In this document: positions 31,149-41,961 of the stretch, piece after piece
Layout of the letters: every line of letters begins with the position of its first letter
Position numbering within the stretch: the first letter of the stretch is position 1
Source: Nitrospirota bacterium
GTDB taxonomy: Bacteria > Nitrospirota > UBA9217
Reading direction: 5' to 3'
Assembly (NCBI GenBank): GCA_963840455.1
Contig: CAWIYV010000009.1
Location: forward strand, 224,001-288,000
DNA: 64,000 nt
The notes under the pieces: generated by a model
Databases searched by the model: none
Seen by the model: the letters and a program-made list of their open reading frames with translations, nothing else
What the model was told of the DNA's origin: nothing
Program-made: the position numbers and the translations under genes

Positions 31149-31590
31149 GGCAATACCTTTTCATCGATGCCTTCGGGCTGGTTACGGTGAATGTAGTCCG
31201 ACAAAATCTGGGCGAGGTTCAGAAGGATTCTTGCAGAGGTTGCACTATTGTACCGGATAAGATCGTCAAAGTATGACTTATACATGATCAAAAGGAGAGA
31301 ATCCTTTTCAGCAACAGCAGTCGCAAAGCGTGAAGTGTGGCCGATGAGGGCTAGTTCACCAAAATGGGAGCCTGGCCCCAGAACAGAAAGTATCTTGTTC
31401 TCCAAATTCGACTCTTTGATTATTTTGACCGATCCCTCGAGGACGACATAGACCGCCTTTCCGCTTTCTCCCTCGTGAAAGATAATATCGCCCGCTGAAT
31501 ATTTTTTTTCGATGAGGTCGATAACCAGTTTCCTGAGTAGCTTCTTGTCCATACCCAAAGAGGGGACAGTCCGCTAACGCATCACTAGAG
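31145..31590 (-). pseudogene. Cyclic-nucleotide-binding domain protein, 5' frameshifted or truncated
   Basis: IFHEGE..VYVVLEGSVKI, FGELAL..RFATA; upstream DALADCPLF sits in another frame just before GMDKK (about 31562). Confidence 0.6.
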
Positions 31591-31809
31591 ATCCCGCCTA
31601 ATCATAACTCCGACCAAACTGCGCCGGGGATACGCACCTCGTACGGAGTATAGAACGCAATCTGGCTACGGCGGCGGCTTCGGAAGGCAGCGAGATCCAT
31701 CGTCGCGGCAAAGACGCTGGCCAATCTCATGCCTCAATGCAACGCTGGTTGTTGCCGTGTATCGTGGCTCGGCTGTGCTATTTATGCTCGGATTTTGGTT
31801 GGACATTGA

Positions 31810-33530
31810 ATGCCTCCGTGGAAGAATAGCGGGCTTCACATAGGGCTTGCGGCGCCTGGGCTATGGGAAGACATATACCGTCATCCTTATTGCCTGCAGC
31901 TCCTGTCCTACGGGTACTTCCTGTTTCTCCAGGAGAATGTCCTTCCGAGGCTCACTTTCCATCTCGTCTCTACGAGGAACAGTAAAACGCAAGACATCGA
32001 ACTGGCCCTCGATATCCCGCGCTACGAGCAGTGGTTGGAACTGCGGCTGGAAGAACTGGTCCGAGAAGCAGAGAAGGAGGAGAAGCGCGCAGCACGGCGA
32101 AGGAAGATCAGCCGCGACTTTCCCTTTCCTTTCGAGAGTCCTCGACCCGGCCAGCTCGAGATCGTAGACACCGTGGAGCAGGCGATGCAGGAGAATCGGC
32201 CGCTCCTGATTCAGGCTCCCACCGGCCTCGGAAAGACCGTGGGCGTTCTGTATCCCGCGCTCAAGGAATCGCTCGGCAGGGGACAGAAGGTGGTTTATGT
32301 GACGCCAAAGAACAGTCAGCACGCTGTTGCTGAGGATGCGGTCGGGCGGTTCCAGCGGGCAGGGGCGCCGGTCAAGTCGCTCACGATCACGGCAAAGGGC
32401 AAAATCTGCTTCAAGAACGAGCCGCTCTGCGAGCCGGAGTACTGCGAATTCAGTCGAGACTATTACTCCAAGGTACAGAAGCAGGGGCTGATCGACAAGC
32501 TCGCCAGGAAGCGCAAACTCACTGCCGGCGTCTTCCGAAGCCTGGGAGAGGAGCACGATGTCTGCCCCTTCGAGCTGCAGTTCGACGCAAGCCGGGAAGC
32601 GGACGTCGTGATCTGCGACTATAATTATGTGTTCGCGCCTCGCTCCGCCTTCGGCCGGATCGCCATGTCCGGCATCGACCAGACCGGCAGGCCGAACCTG
32701 ATAATCGACGAGGCCCAGAATCTTCCGCAGCAGGCCATGAACTACTATTCCCCAACCCTCTCCAGTCTCATGCTTGAACAGATGCGGCCTGCGCTTCAGA
32801 TGTTTCCTGCTCGGTTCCGAAGCGAAGCAGAAGGACTTCTGGACGGCTGCTTCGCGGCGATCGCAGCCGCTGTCCCTGCCGGGACTCAGCAGCCGCAGAG
32901 GATCGAACCGCCTGTTGATGAGTTCCTGGACCAGGACGCTCTGCTTCGTTCGTTCCTGACTCGCTATCTCGAGTCGGACGTGGATATCCAACCGCGCGAC
33001 CCTGTGATGGTCCTTGCGAACTACTGGTCCAGTTTCTGCGAGGCGCTCGTGCTCGCTGCTGATCCGGAGCGGAGGAGTTCTTCGTCACCGTACATCCCCA
33101 TCCAACAGGCGGCGTGATCAAGATCACCTGTTGCGACGCGAGTCTGATGTTGAAGGACTGTTACAAGGAGTACGAGCAGGTGATAGGGTTCTCTGCTACG
33201 CTCAAGCCCTTTACCTACTACGCCAACCTGTCAGGGCTCGATCTGGCCAGAACCATGACAGCGGAATTCCCGAGCCCCTTTTCGAAGGAGCATCGCAAGC
33301 TCCTGATCATCCCGCAGATATCCACGAAGTACAGTGACCGTGAACGCAACTATGCAAAGATTGCAGAAGCTGTGGCCCGCATCGCGTCGCTCAGGAGCGG
33401 CAACTACTTCATCTTCTTCCCGAGCTTCGAGTTTCTCGACCGGGTGCATGCTCTCTTCCAGGCTCAACCGGAACGCTCGTATTGAAGCAGGAGAGGGAAA
33501 TGAAGGCAGCAAAGGTAAGCGAAGTACTTG
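31810..33530 (+). pseudogene. DinG/Rad3-like Fe-S helicase, fragmented
   Basis: QAPTGLGKT, CPFE, CDYNYVF, IIDEAQNL; frameshift near 33072; FSATL and FFPSF in the second frame; both termini missing. Confidence 0.8.
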
Positions 33531-33774
33531 ACCGCCTGTCAGCAGACCATGATTCCCCCCAATCTTTGTTTTGCTCCCCATCACAGCATTCAAGCGCATT
33601 CAGGAGATCCGATAGTCGAAAAACTTCCATTCCATTCTGATTTCACTGCTTCCCCGCACCCTCCTTGTGATCTCTTCACAGTAATCCGCTCAACATTTCA
33701 GGATCAACCATTTCAAATCTACCCTGCCTTGCCTGTACCTATCGCCCTATTCCTGTCAAATAAAAATGGGAAAT

Positions 33775-33945
33775 CATGATAATTATATGATTAATATATC
33801 AATATGATATAAAACTGAATTATTTTGGTAATACCATATAAATAGCAATATATGCAAGAAAAACTCTTAATTATCATTATATAACAATGCATTATATAAA
33901 ACAGATTTTTCTTGACAATACAATATAAAATTGGTATTTTCTATA
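33775..33945 (+). promoter_or_regulatory. Very AT-rich regulatory region with sigma70-like promoter ahead of the fibre locus
   Basis: Sharp AT-rich tract; TTGACA(33912)-17 bp-TATTTT. Confidence 0.5.
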
Positions 33946-34042
33946 TTAAGGAATGCTCTGTTTAAACAGGGGGCGCGGGGCTGACAACAGCTCAACGCCC
34001 AGGGAGTCGCATGTCAAACATGGGGTACAGGAAACAACTGCT

Positions 34043-37000
34043 ATGCCGATAAAAAAAGATGACTCACTGCTCCGGACACTCGTAAAGCGCTGCCTCTGGA
34101 TGGTCCTATGGCTTTGCGGCGCCTTCCTGGTGATCTGTCCGGATAGCCTATGGGCCGCTTCCATCACCGGCAATGTCTTCGAAGATATCAACTACGGCGG
34201 TGGAGCAGGACGGAACTGGGCGACCGCTTCCGGCAACGGCGGCCAGACGCGCCCGAACGCCCGGGTTGAGTTGTTCAACGACAACGGGCGCATTTGTGAC
34301 ATCAGTCACCACGAATGCCGCCGGAAATTACTCCTTTCTCGCTCAAATTGCCGCAAATAGGAACTGGATCGTCCGCGTTGTCAGTTCGAGTGTTACTTCG
34401 TCGCGCACCGGGTATGTGGCCGGACTCCTCCCGGTGATGACCTTCCGGACAAACGCCTCTACGGGCACGGCAGTGGACGTGACGGACTACGTCGGGGGCC
34501 TCGATCCGACCACGGCGGACGCGGGGCCTGCGGCGGCGGGATGGATACTGAATGCTGCGACGGGCGTCTTCTCCGGACCCGGCGCCTCAGGCAAGGCGCA
34601 TGCGTTCGCGGCGGTCATAACGGACCCGGGCGCGGCCGCGACCGCCAATGTCAACTTCGGTTGGAACTTCAACACGATCGTGAACACGAACGACACCGGC
34701 CAGGGTTCGCTGCGTCAGTTCATTCTCAACAGCAACGCGCTGGGCAATGCCGGACTGGCCATTCAGGGCCAGCCCGCCGGCCAGGACGTGTCCGTGTTCA
34801 TGATCAGCGACGGTCTGGCTCATCCCGGCCTGCGCGCGGGGCTGGCAAATCTGCTCAGCGCGGGAGTCGCGGTGATCACCCCCGCGACCGCGCTGCCGGC
34901 CGTGACGGATGCGAACACGACCATCGATGGCACGACCCAGACCGTCAACGTCGGCAACACCAACGCGGTGGTGCTGGGAACCGGAGGCACCGTCGGCGTG
35001 GATGGACTTGCGCTCTCCACGGTCCCGGGACCGGAGGTTGAGATCGCCGGCCCGGGGACGCTGGCGAACGGACTGCTGATCCAGGCCAACAATGCCATCG
35101 TGCGCGGCCTCTCGATCTATGGCTTCGGCAGCGTGGTCGGCGACGCCGGTGTCCGGGTCGACGCCTTCACGGGCGCACTGATCGAAGGCAATGTGCTGGG
35201 TTCGCGTGCGACATCGTTCACTGATCCCGGTGTGGTCCAGCGCAATCAGGCAGGCGTCTCCTCCGCGGGCGGCATCAGCGGCATCGTGCGCAACAACCTG
35301 GTCGGATTCGGCCGCGTCGTTGGCGTGAGACTGGATACGGGAAGCACAGGCTGGGTGGTCACCGGCAACGAGATCCGCGACAGCGGCATGGATACTGCCG
35401 ATGGCGACGGCATCACGATAAACGCCGCGCCGACGAACACGGCGACCGGCAATCTGATCACGGGATCCTCGAGCCAGGCCATAGCCGTGACCGTCGCGGG
35501 TGCGACCGGCAATACGTTCACCAATAACACAGTGACGGGCAACGGTGTCGGCATTACGACAGGCCTTGTGCAGAGCTCGGCCGTTGTCCTTCGGTCTGGC
35601 GCAGCGTCGACCACGCTGGACCGGAACGTCATCCGCGCCAATTACGGAGCCGGCGTGCAGGCGAACAACGGCTCCACGGGTACGCGCATGACGCGGAATT
35701 CGTTCGCCCTGAACGGCACCATCGCGGCCCGGAACGGCAGCGGTACGACGGGGCAGATCGCCATCGATCTTAATTCACCAACTGACGACATCAACTTAGG
35801 AACGGTTCCCTTCTACACCCTGAACGATGCCGGCGATGCGGACGCCGGGGGCAACGGTCTGCTCAATTTCCCGGTCATCACTTCGGCCACGACTATCGGA
35901 GGGAATCTGGTTGTAACGGGTTACGCGCGTCCGGGGTCGCTGGTCGAGCTGTACATCGCCAACCCCGACCCATCGGGGTTCGGGGAGGGCGAGACGTATC
36001 TCCTTACATTGACCGAAGGGGGCACTGGCGCGGGTGGCACCGATCCGTACGCCGACACTGACGCCGGAACGGGAGCTTACGGGCCCGGCGCCATCAACGG
36101 CATCGTCCAGGGCGCCGACACCACCAACCGGTTCACATTCACGCTTCCCATCCCAGGTGGGGTCAGCACCGGCACGCGCCTCACGGCGACTGCGACTCTG
36201 GGAGGCGAGACCTCGGAGTTCGGCGGTCTCGTCACCGTTATGGCCTCGGTTTCGGGGACGGTGTTCGAGGACGTGAACTACGGCGGCGGGGCGGGTCGGG
36301 ACAGGACCACCTCTTCCGGCGTGCCCCGTTCCGCAACGCGGGTAGAGCTGTACAACAATGCCGGCGCCTATGTCAACTTCACCACTACCGACGCCTCGGG
36401 CAACTACATCTTCTCCGGCCTTGCGGCGGGTAATTATACAGTCCGTGTGATCAATGCCACGGTCACTTCGTCCCGCACCGGCTACGTGGCCGGGTTGTTG
36501 CCGGTGCAGACCTACCGCACCAATGCATCGAGCGGTTCAGCCGTAGCCGTAACGGACTACGTCGGCGGCCAGAACCCGTCCGTGGCCGACGCCGGCAACG
36601 GCAGCGCCGGTGCGACCATGAACACTGTCACCGGCGTCTTCACCGCGGGAATCAGCGGAACGGCCCAGTCGATCACCAATGCGACGCTCGGAGCCTCCAG
36701 CGTCACAGGAGTAGATTTTGGATTTAATTTCGACGCCATCGTCAACGTCAATGACAGCGGTCAGGGGAGCCTGCGGCAATTCATCACCAACGCCAACACG
36801 CTCGGCGGTGACGCTTCGCTGGTCCAATCAGGACTGGTTGCCGCCAAAGAGAACGCCGTCTTCATGATCTCCAACGGCACCGCGGCAACTGGACTGCGCG
36901 CGGCGAACAACTACTTTGTCGGCGGCGTGGCCACGATCACACCCGCGTCGGCCTTTCCCATCGTTTCCACACCGATGGTCATCGATGCGCAGAAACAGCC

Positions 37001-38156
37001 GGGTTGGAGCAGTACGCCGGTCGTTGAGTTGAACGGGACCGGTGCAGGCGTCGGGAGCAACGGCCTGACCGTGAGCGGCGGCAGCAGCCTCATCAAGGGA
37101 CTTATCATCGACCGTTTCGGCGCCGCCGGTATCTCTCTCTCCGGCGCGGGCGGCACGACGCTCAGCGACAGCATCATCCGCGCCAACAACCGGGGCATCT
37201 ACGACAATGCCGCCAATGATCTCTTTTCCAGGAACGTGATCCAGGGCAACAACGGCGGCAACGGCGAGGGAATCTACCTGGACAGTGGCGCTAGCGGCGC
37301 CAAAGTCTATCACAATACCATCCACGGCAATGCCACCCGGGGGATCAGCCAGGCCGGCGGAAGCGCGACGGTGCGCAACAACCTGATCACCGGCAGCGGC
37401 GGGGTCGGGCTGTTCAGCAGCGGCGGCACCCTGACCGAATCGTACAACGGGATCACCGACGCCATAACCGCCCCGGCTAACACCGGCGGTAGGAGCAATG
37501 TGGCGCTCAGCAGTACCGACCTGAACGTGAACCCTCTCTACATCAACGCCGCTGCGGGTAATTTTACCCTCACCGAATGCGCCAGCCCTGTTATCAACCA
37601 GGGGACCGACCTTGGCGCCGACCAACCGGACATGAACGGCGCAGCTGCAGGTCTCTGGAACAACAACGCCCCGGAGCTGGGAGCCTTTGAGACGACCGGC
37701 AGCTGTACACCAAGCTTGGCCATCGTCAAACAGGCCTGGGACCTGAGCGGAATCGCGCCCCTCGGCTCGCCGGTGACCGCGCCGGCCGGCTCCACCATCA
37801 TCTTCCTGATCTACGTGAAGAACACCACCGCAGGGCCGGTAGCAGACCTGCGGATCAACGACATCCTGGATGAAACCGCTTTCCAGTATGCGTCGGGCAG
37901 TCTGGTTCGGACGCTTGCCGCTTCGCCGCCTGCGGACACGGCCACGGACAAGCAGATTTTCGACGCAACAGCTTCGGGCACAGGCACCGCTCTTTCCGAT
38001 GCCCTGGACGGAGATGTGAGCTCGGCCCTTGACACGGGAGGCCCGGCAGGGGCGGACAGGATAACGATAGGCGCGGTAACAGGCCAGGCCAATGGAATCC
38101 TGACGATCAACGGGCATACCACCTTTGCACTGCAGTTCAAGGTAAAGATCAAGTGA
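34043..38156 (+). CDS. Large secreted adhesin-like protein: 2x (SdrD-B-like + beta-helix) modules and a C-terminal incomplete DUF11-like domain; +1 frameshift at about 34287
   Basis: Signal peptide ..SLWA; ITGNVFEDINYGGGAGR repeated as VSGTVFEDVNYGGGAGR; GQGSLRQFI twice; PbH1-like repeats; removing one G gives ELFNDNGAF, matching ELYNNAGAY in repeat 2. Confidence 0.8.
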
Positions 38157-38197
38157 TGGAATCGGACATTACGGAAAGGCGCATGAAAGGAGCTGAC

Positions 38198-39770
38198 ATG
38201 GTCAAAGAGTATGAAATATTAGTGGTGGATGATGATGAATCCATCTCGCAACTACTGGGCGAGCTGTTGCGCGAGGAAGGTTATCCCGCCACCCGGGCTG
38301 TCGTGCGGCAAAGACATGCGTGATGCCCTTCGTGTCCAGCCCTATCATCTCGTGATGCTCGATCTTATGCTGCCGGACGCGCATGGCATTGAGCTTCTGC
38401 GCGAGATCAAGACCCTGTATCCGAAGACCGACGTGATCATCATGACCAGCAACGCCTCGATAGAAACGGCAGTAAAAGCACTACGGCTGGGGGCCTCCGA
38501 TTACCTTTTCAAACCCTTCGACGACGTGAATGTTGTATCCCACGTAATCGGTAAGGCGTTTGAGAAGCGGCAGATCGCAGATGAAAACGAACGCCTGCAT
38601 CAGAAACTCAAGGCAAAATCCGCAGACCTGGAATCCTCGGTAAGGCGATTGACCTCGCTCAACAATGCCGGCCGGACGCTGCATTCCATGCTGAACATAA
38701 AAGAGCTCTTTGTGGTCACCACCCAGCTCATAGCCTCGGAATTGAAGGCAAAGAGGGTCTCGCTGATGATCCTGAACAAGGCGACGAATGAGCTTGCGAT
38801 CGAGGCCTCAGTGGGGTTGGATGAGCAGATTGCGCAAACTGTCCGCGTTCCCCTCGGGGGAGGCATAGCAGGGTGGGTGGCCAGGGAAGGCAAGGCACTT
38901 CTTGTGGAAGACATTGAGCACGACGACCGATTCAAAAGAAGCCCGGACGGCAAGGGTTATGATACCAACTCCTTCATCTCAGCCCCGCTCCTGCTCAGCG
39001 TCCCGATCCAGTTTCAGAACAAAATCGTAGGCGTTATCAACATCAACAACAAAGTAGGCGGCGGCGTTTTTACCACGGCTGATCTCGAATTCGTAAGTAC
39101 CCTGGCCAGCCAGGCGGCAATTGCCATTGAAAATGGCCGCATATTCGAAAAGCTCAAAGCAATACACATGGAGGTGATCACGGCGCTCGCTGACGCGCTG
39201 GAAGCGAAAGACGTAACCACCGGACACCACAGTCTTCGTCTCATGCACCTGGCCGGACAGGTTGCCGAACGGCTCGATCTCGATGACAAGGCACAGGAGC
39301 GACTTCGCTATGCCGCAGTGCTCCACGATATCGGCAAAATCGGCGTACCGGAACGGATACTCCAAAAGCGCGGAAAGCTGACATCGGAAGAATTTGAAGA
39401 AATCTATAAACACCCGCTCCTGGGGGCGACGATCGTAAAAAAAGTAGCCTTTCTGTCGTCAGTGGCGCCCGTTATTCTGGCGCACCACGAGCGGCTCGAC
39501 GGGAGGGGTTATCCATACGGTATATCGGGAGACGCAATACCCATGGAAGCGCGGATCGTGTCGGTGATGGATTCTTTCGACGCCATGACTTCGGACCGGC
39601 CGTACAGAAAGGCCCTGGGCAAGGCGTACGCGATCAATGAGCTGGTGGCGCGTGCAGGGAGCCAGTTCGATCCACATGTCGTAGAGGCGTTTCTGGCTGT
39701 ACTTCAAGAGAACGAGAAGGATGCTGTCCAATGGGATCACCTGGACGTTTCGATGCCATGGACAGGATAA
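38198..39770 (+). CDS. REC-GAF-HD-GYP cyclic-dinucleotide phosphodiesterase; +1 frameshift at about 38292
   Basis: AAGGAG RBS then MVKEYEILVVDDD in one frame, DLMLPD..KPF in the next; LHDIGKIG, HHERLDGRGYP. Confidence 0.85.
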
Positions 39771-39847
39771 CGATCAAGTCGGTAACGGACGCAGCAAGAG
39801 AACGGTTTGAAACTATAAATTAATCTGGATTCAAAAGGAGGAGCAAA

Positions 39848-40465
39848 ATGAGAACCACAAGTAGAGTTTATGGATTGGCCCTGTGTCTGACGTTCATCAT
39901 ATCCGCCTGGGGTTCGGCCGGCATGGCGGCGACGAACACGGCCACGGACCCGGGCGGCGGCGGCGTGGCCCTGACCGCGTCCGGAGCCGTGACGGTGAAT
40001 TCGACGGCCTTGCAGCTGGTAAAGCAGGTATGGACCACTGCCGGCGCGTGCCTGGCAAGCTCGCCGGCCGACGCCACGTGTAACGGCAGCGCCACCACCA
40101 TTACCGTTCCCGTGAACACCCAGCTCAAGTTCGTCATCTTTGTCAAGAACGCCACGAACCTCGCCCTGAACGATGTCCGTTTCCAGGATACGCTGGATAT
40201 AACTCCCACGGGGTTCACGTACGTAGCAGGTTCGCTCAAGTATGACGGCAATCAATTGGACACGGCAACGCTTGCGCAGATCTACGCCGCTGTTGATGGC
40301 GGTACGGTCGAGACCGACGCGGTTGATGCGGGAGTAGGGCGTTATGCATCAATAACCGGCGGCAGCAATCTGACGGTAGGAGCGGTTGTCGGGCAGGTCA
40401 ACGCGGCATTGACTGTTGCCGCGAACAGGACCTTTGCTCTTGAGTTCCAGGCGAGAAAGAACTAG
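39848..40465 (+). CDS. Secreted permuted DUF11/CnaB-like protein, putative major pilin, copy 1
   Basis: AAGGAGGAG RBS; signal peptide; ATNTAT..VTV then LVKQ, FVIFVKN, FQDTL, FTYVAGS; ends FALEFQARKN. Confidence 0.8.
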   Translation: MRTTSRVYGLALCLTFIISAWGSAGMAATNTATDPGGGGVALTASGAVTVNSTALQLVKQVWTTAGACLASSPADATCNGSATTITVPVNTQLKFVIFVKNATNLALNDVRFQDTLDITPTGFTYVAGSLKYDGNQLDTATLAQIYAAVDGGTVETDAVDAGVGRYASITGGSNLTVGAVVGQVNAALTVAANRTFALEFQARKN

Positions 40466-40577
40466 CCCTGGGATCAACGGTCATGCAGCCGGGTGAGGCA
40501 AATAGCCCGTTCCTGGTTTTGCAGCAAGAGGACGGTTTGAAGCTATAAATTAATCCGGATTCAAAAGGAGGAGCAAA

Positions 40578-41195
40578 ATGAGAACCACAAGTAGAGTTTA
40601 TGGATTGGCCCTGTGTCTGACGCTCATCATATCCGCCTGGGGTTCGGCCGGCATGGCGGCGACGAACACGGCCACGGACCCGGGCGGCGGCGGCGTGGCC
40701 CTGACCGCGTCCGGAGCCGTGACGGTGAATTCGACGGCCTTGCAGCTGGTAAAGCAGGTATGGACCACTGCCGGCGCGTGCCTGGCAAGCTCGCCGGCCG
40801 ACGCCACGTGTAACGGCAGCGCCACCACCATTACCGTTCCCGTGAACACCCAGCTCAAGTTCGTCATCTTTGTCAAGAACGCCACGAACCTCGCCCTGAA
40901 CGATGTCCGTTTCCAGGATACGCTGGATATAACCCCCACGGGGTTCACGTACGTAGCAGGTTCGCTCAAGTATGACGGCAATCAATTGGACACGGCAACG
41001 CTCGCGCAGATCTACGCCGCTGTTGATGGCGGTACGGTCGAGACCGACGCGGTTGATGCGGGAGTAGGGCGTTATGCATCAATAACCGGCGGCAGCAATC
41101 TGACGGTAGGAGCGGTTGTCGGGCAGGTCAACGCGGCATTGAGTGTTGCCGCGAACAGGACCTTTGCTCTTGAGTTCCAGGCGAGAAAGAACTAG
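40578..41195 (+). CDS. Putative major pilin, copy 2
   Basis: Differs from copy 1 at 2 of 205 aa. Confidence 0.8.
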   Translation: MRTTSRVYGLALCLTLIISAWGSAGMAATNTATDPGGGGVALTASGAVTVNSTALQLVKQVWTTAGACLASSPADATCNGSATTITVPVNTQLKFVIFVKNATNLALNDVRFQDTLDITPTGFTYVAGSLKYDGNQLDTATLAQIYAAVDGGTVETDAVDAGVGRYASITGGSNLTVGAVVGQVNAALSVAANRTFALEFQARKN

Positions 41196-41344
41196 CCCTC
41201 GGATCAACGGTCATGTGATGGACGGAAGCAGCGTTCATGAGCATGACGTAGCGTTTTGTATCGGGACTGCAGCATAAGGAAAGATGCGGAACATGTTCGA
41301 ATCTATTTACATAACGAGCGATCGGTGAGGGCAAAGTGACAGGA

Positions 41345-41959
41345 ATGCCTGTGACTATAGAAGGTCCTCCTCCCTCCAGGAAGGCCTTTGCCCGCGGTCT
41401 CGCGCTGGGTGCGATGATCGTCGTGCTCCTGCTCGGCTGCCCTCTCGCGGCTTTCTCAGCCACGAACACGGCCATTGATCCGGGCGGCGGTAGCATATCG
41501 CTCGTTCCCTCCGGACCGGTGACGGTAAACAGCGTTCAGCTGGCCTTGGTCAAGCAGGCCCGCGATCTTTCCGGCGCCGTTCTGTCAACGGGCGCCAACG
41601 TAACGCCCGGTCAGACGATCTATTTTGTTCTGTATGTCGACAACACCACCGCTTATCCCGCCAACGATATACAAATTATCGATCCATTGGACGAATCCGC
41701 CTTTACCTATCTGATAAACAGCATGGAAACCGCCGTTGTCCCCGCGGGATCCAATGACGCTGCAATATGGGCAGGCGCGTGGTCTTCCCTGTCAGATCTT
41801 CGGGGCGCACCGGATGATCTTGCCTCGATAACGGATAGCGGCGGCCCGGCGGGGCTGGACCGGTTGACGGTCGGTGCAGTTGCAATTCAGGCGAACCAGA
41901 CGTTGAATATTTCCGGCAATACCCTGCGCGCAATACGGTTCAGGGTTACGGTGAACTGA
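41345..41959 (+). CDS. Paralogous permuted DUF11-like protein, putative minor pilin
   Basis: ATNTAIDPGGG..VTVNS, LVKQ, YFVLYVDN, IIDPL, FTYLINS; start may be GTG41336. Confidence 0.8.
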   Translation: MPVTIEGPPPSRKAFARGLALGAMIVVLLLGCPLAAFSATNTAIDPGGGSISLVPSGPVTVNSVQLALVKQARDLSGAVLSTGANVTPGQTIYFVLYVDNTTAYPANDIQIIDPLDESAFTYLINSMETAVVPAGSNDAAIWAGAWSSLSDLRGAPDDLASITDSGGPAGLDRLTVGAVAIQANQTLNISGNTLRAIRFRVTVN

Positions 41960-41961
41960 TA

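Larger units (their letters stand above)
39791..41215 (+). repeat. Tandem duplication, 695-bp units 39791-40485 and 40521-41215
   Basis: Offset 730 bp; 8 mismatches seen by eye. Confidence 0.95.

Noticed and set aside
33528-33779. 83-aa ORF after the helicase fragment
   Set aside because: No RBS or motifs; lies in degenerate sequence
39791-41215. Duplication as an assembly artefact
   Set aside because: The copies differ by substitutions, including synonymous ones, and have unique flanks; not fully excluded without reads
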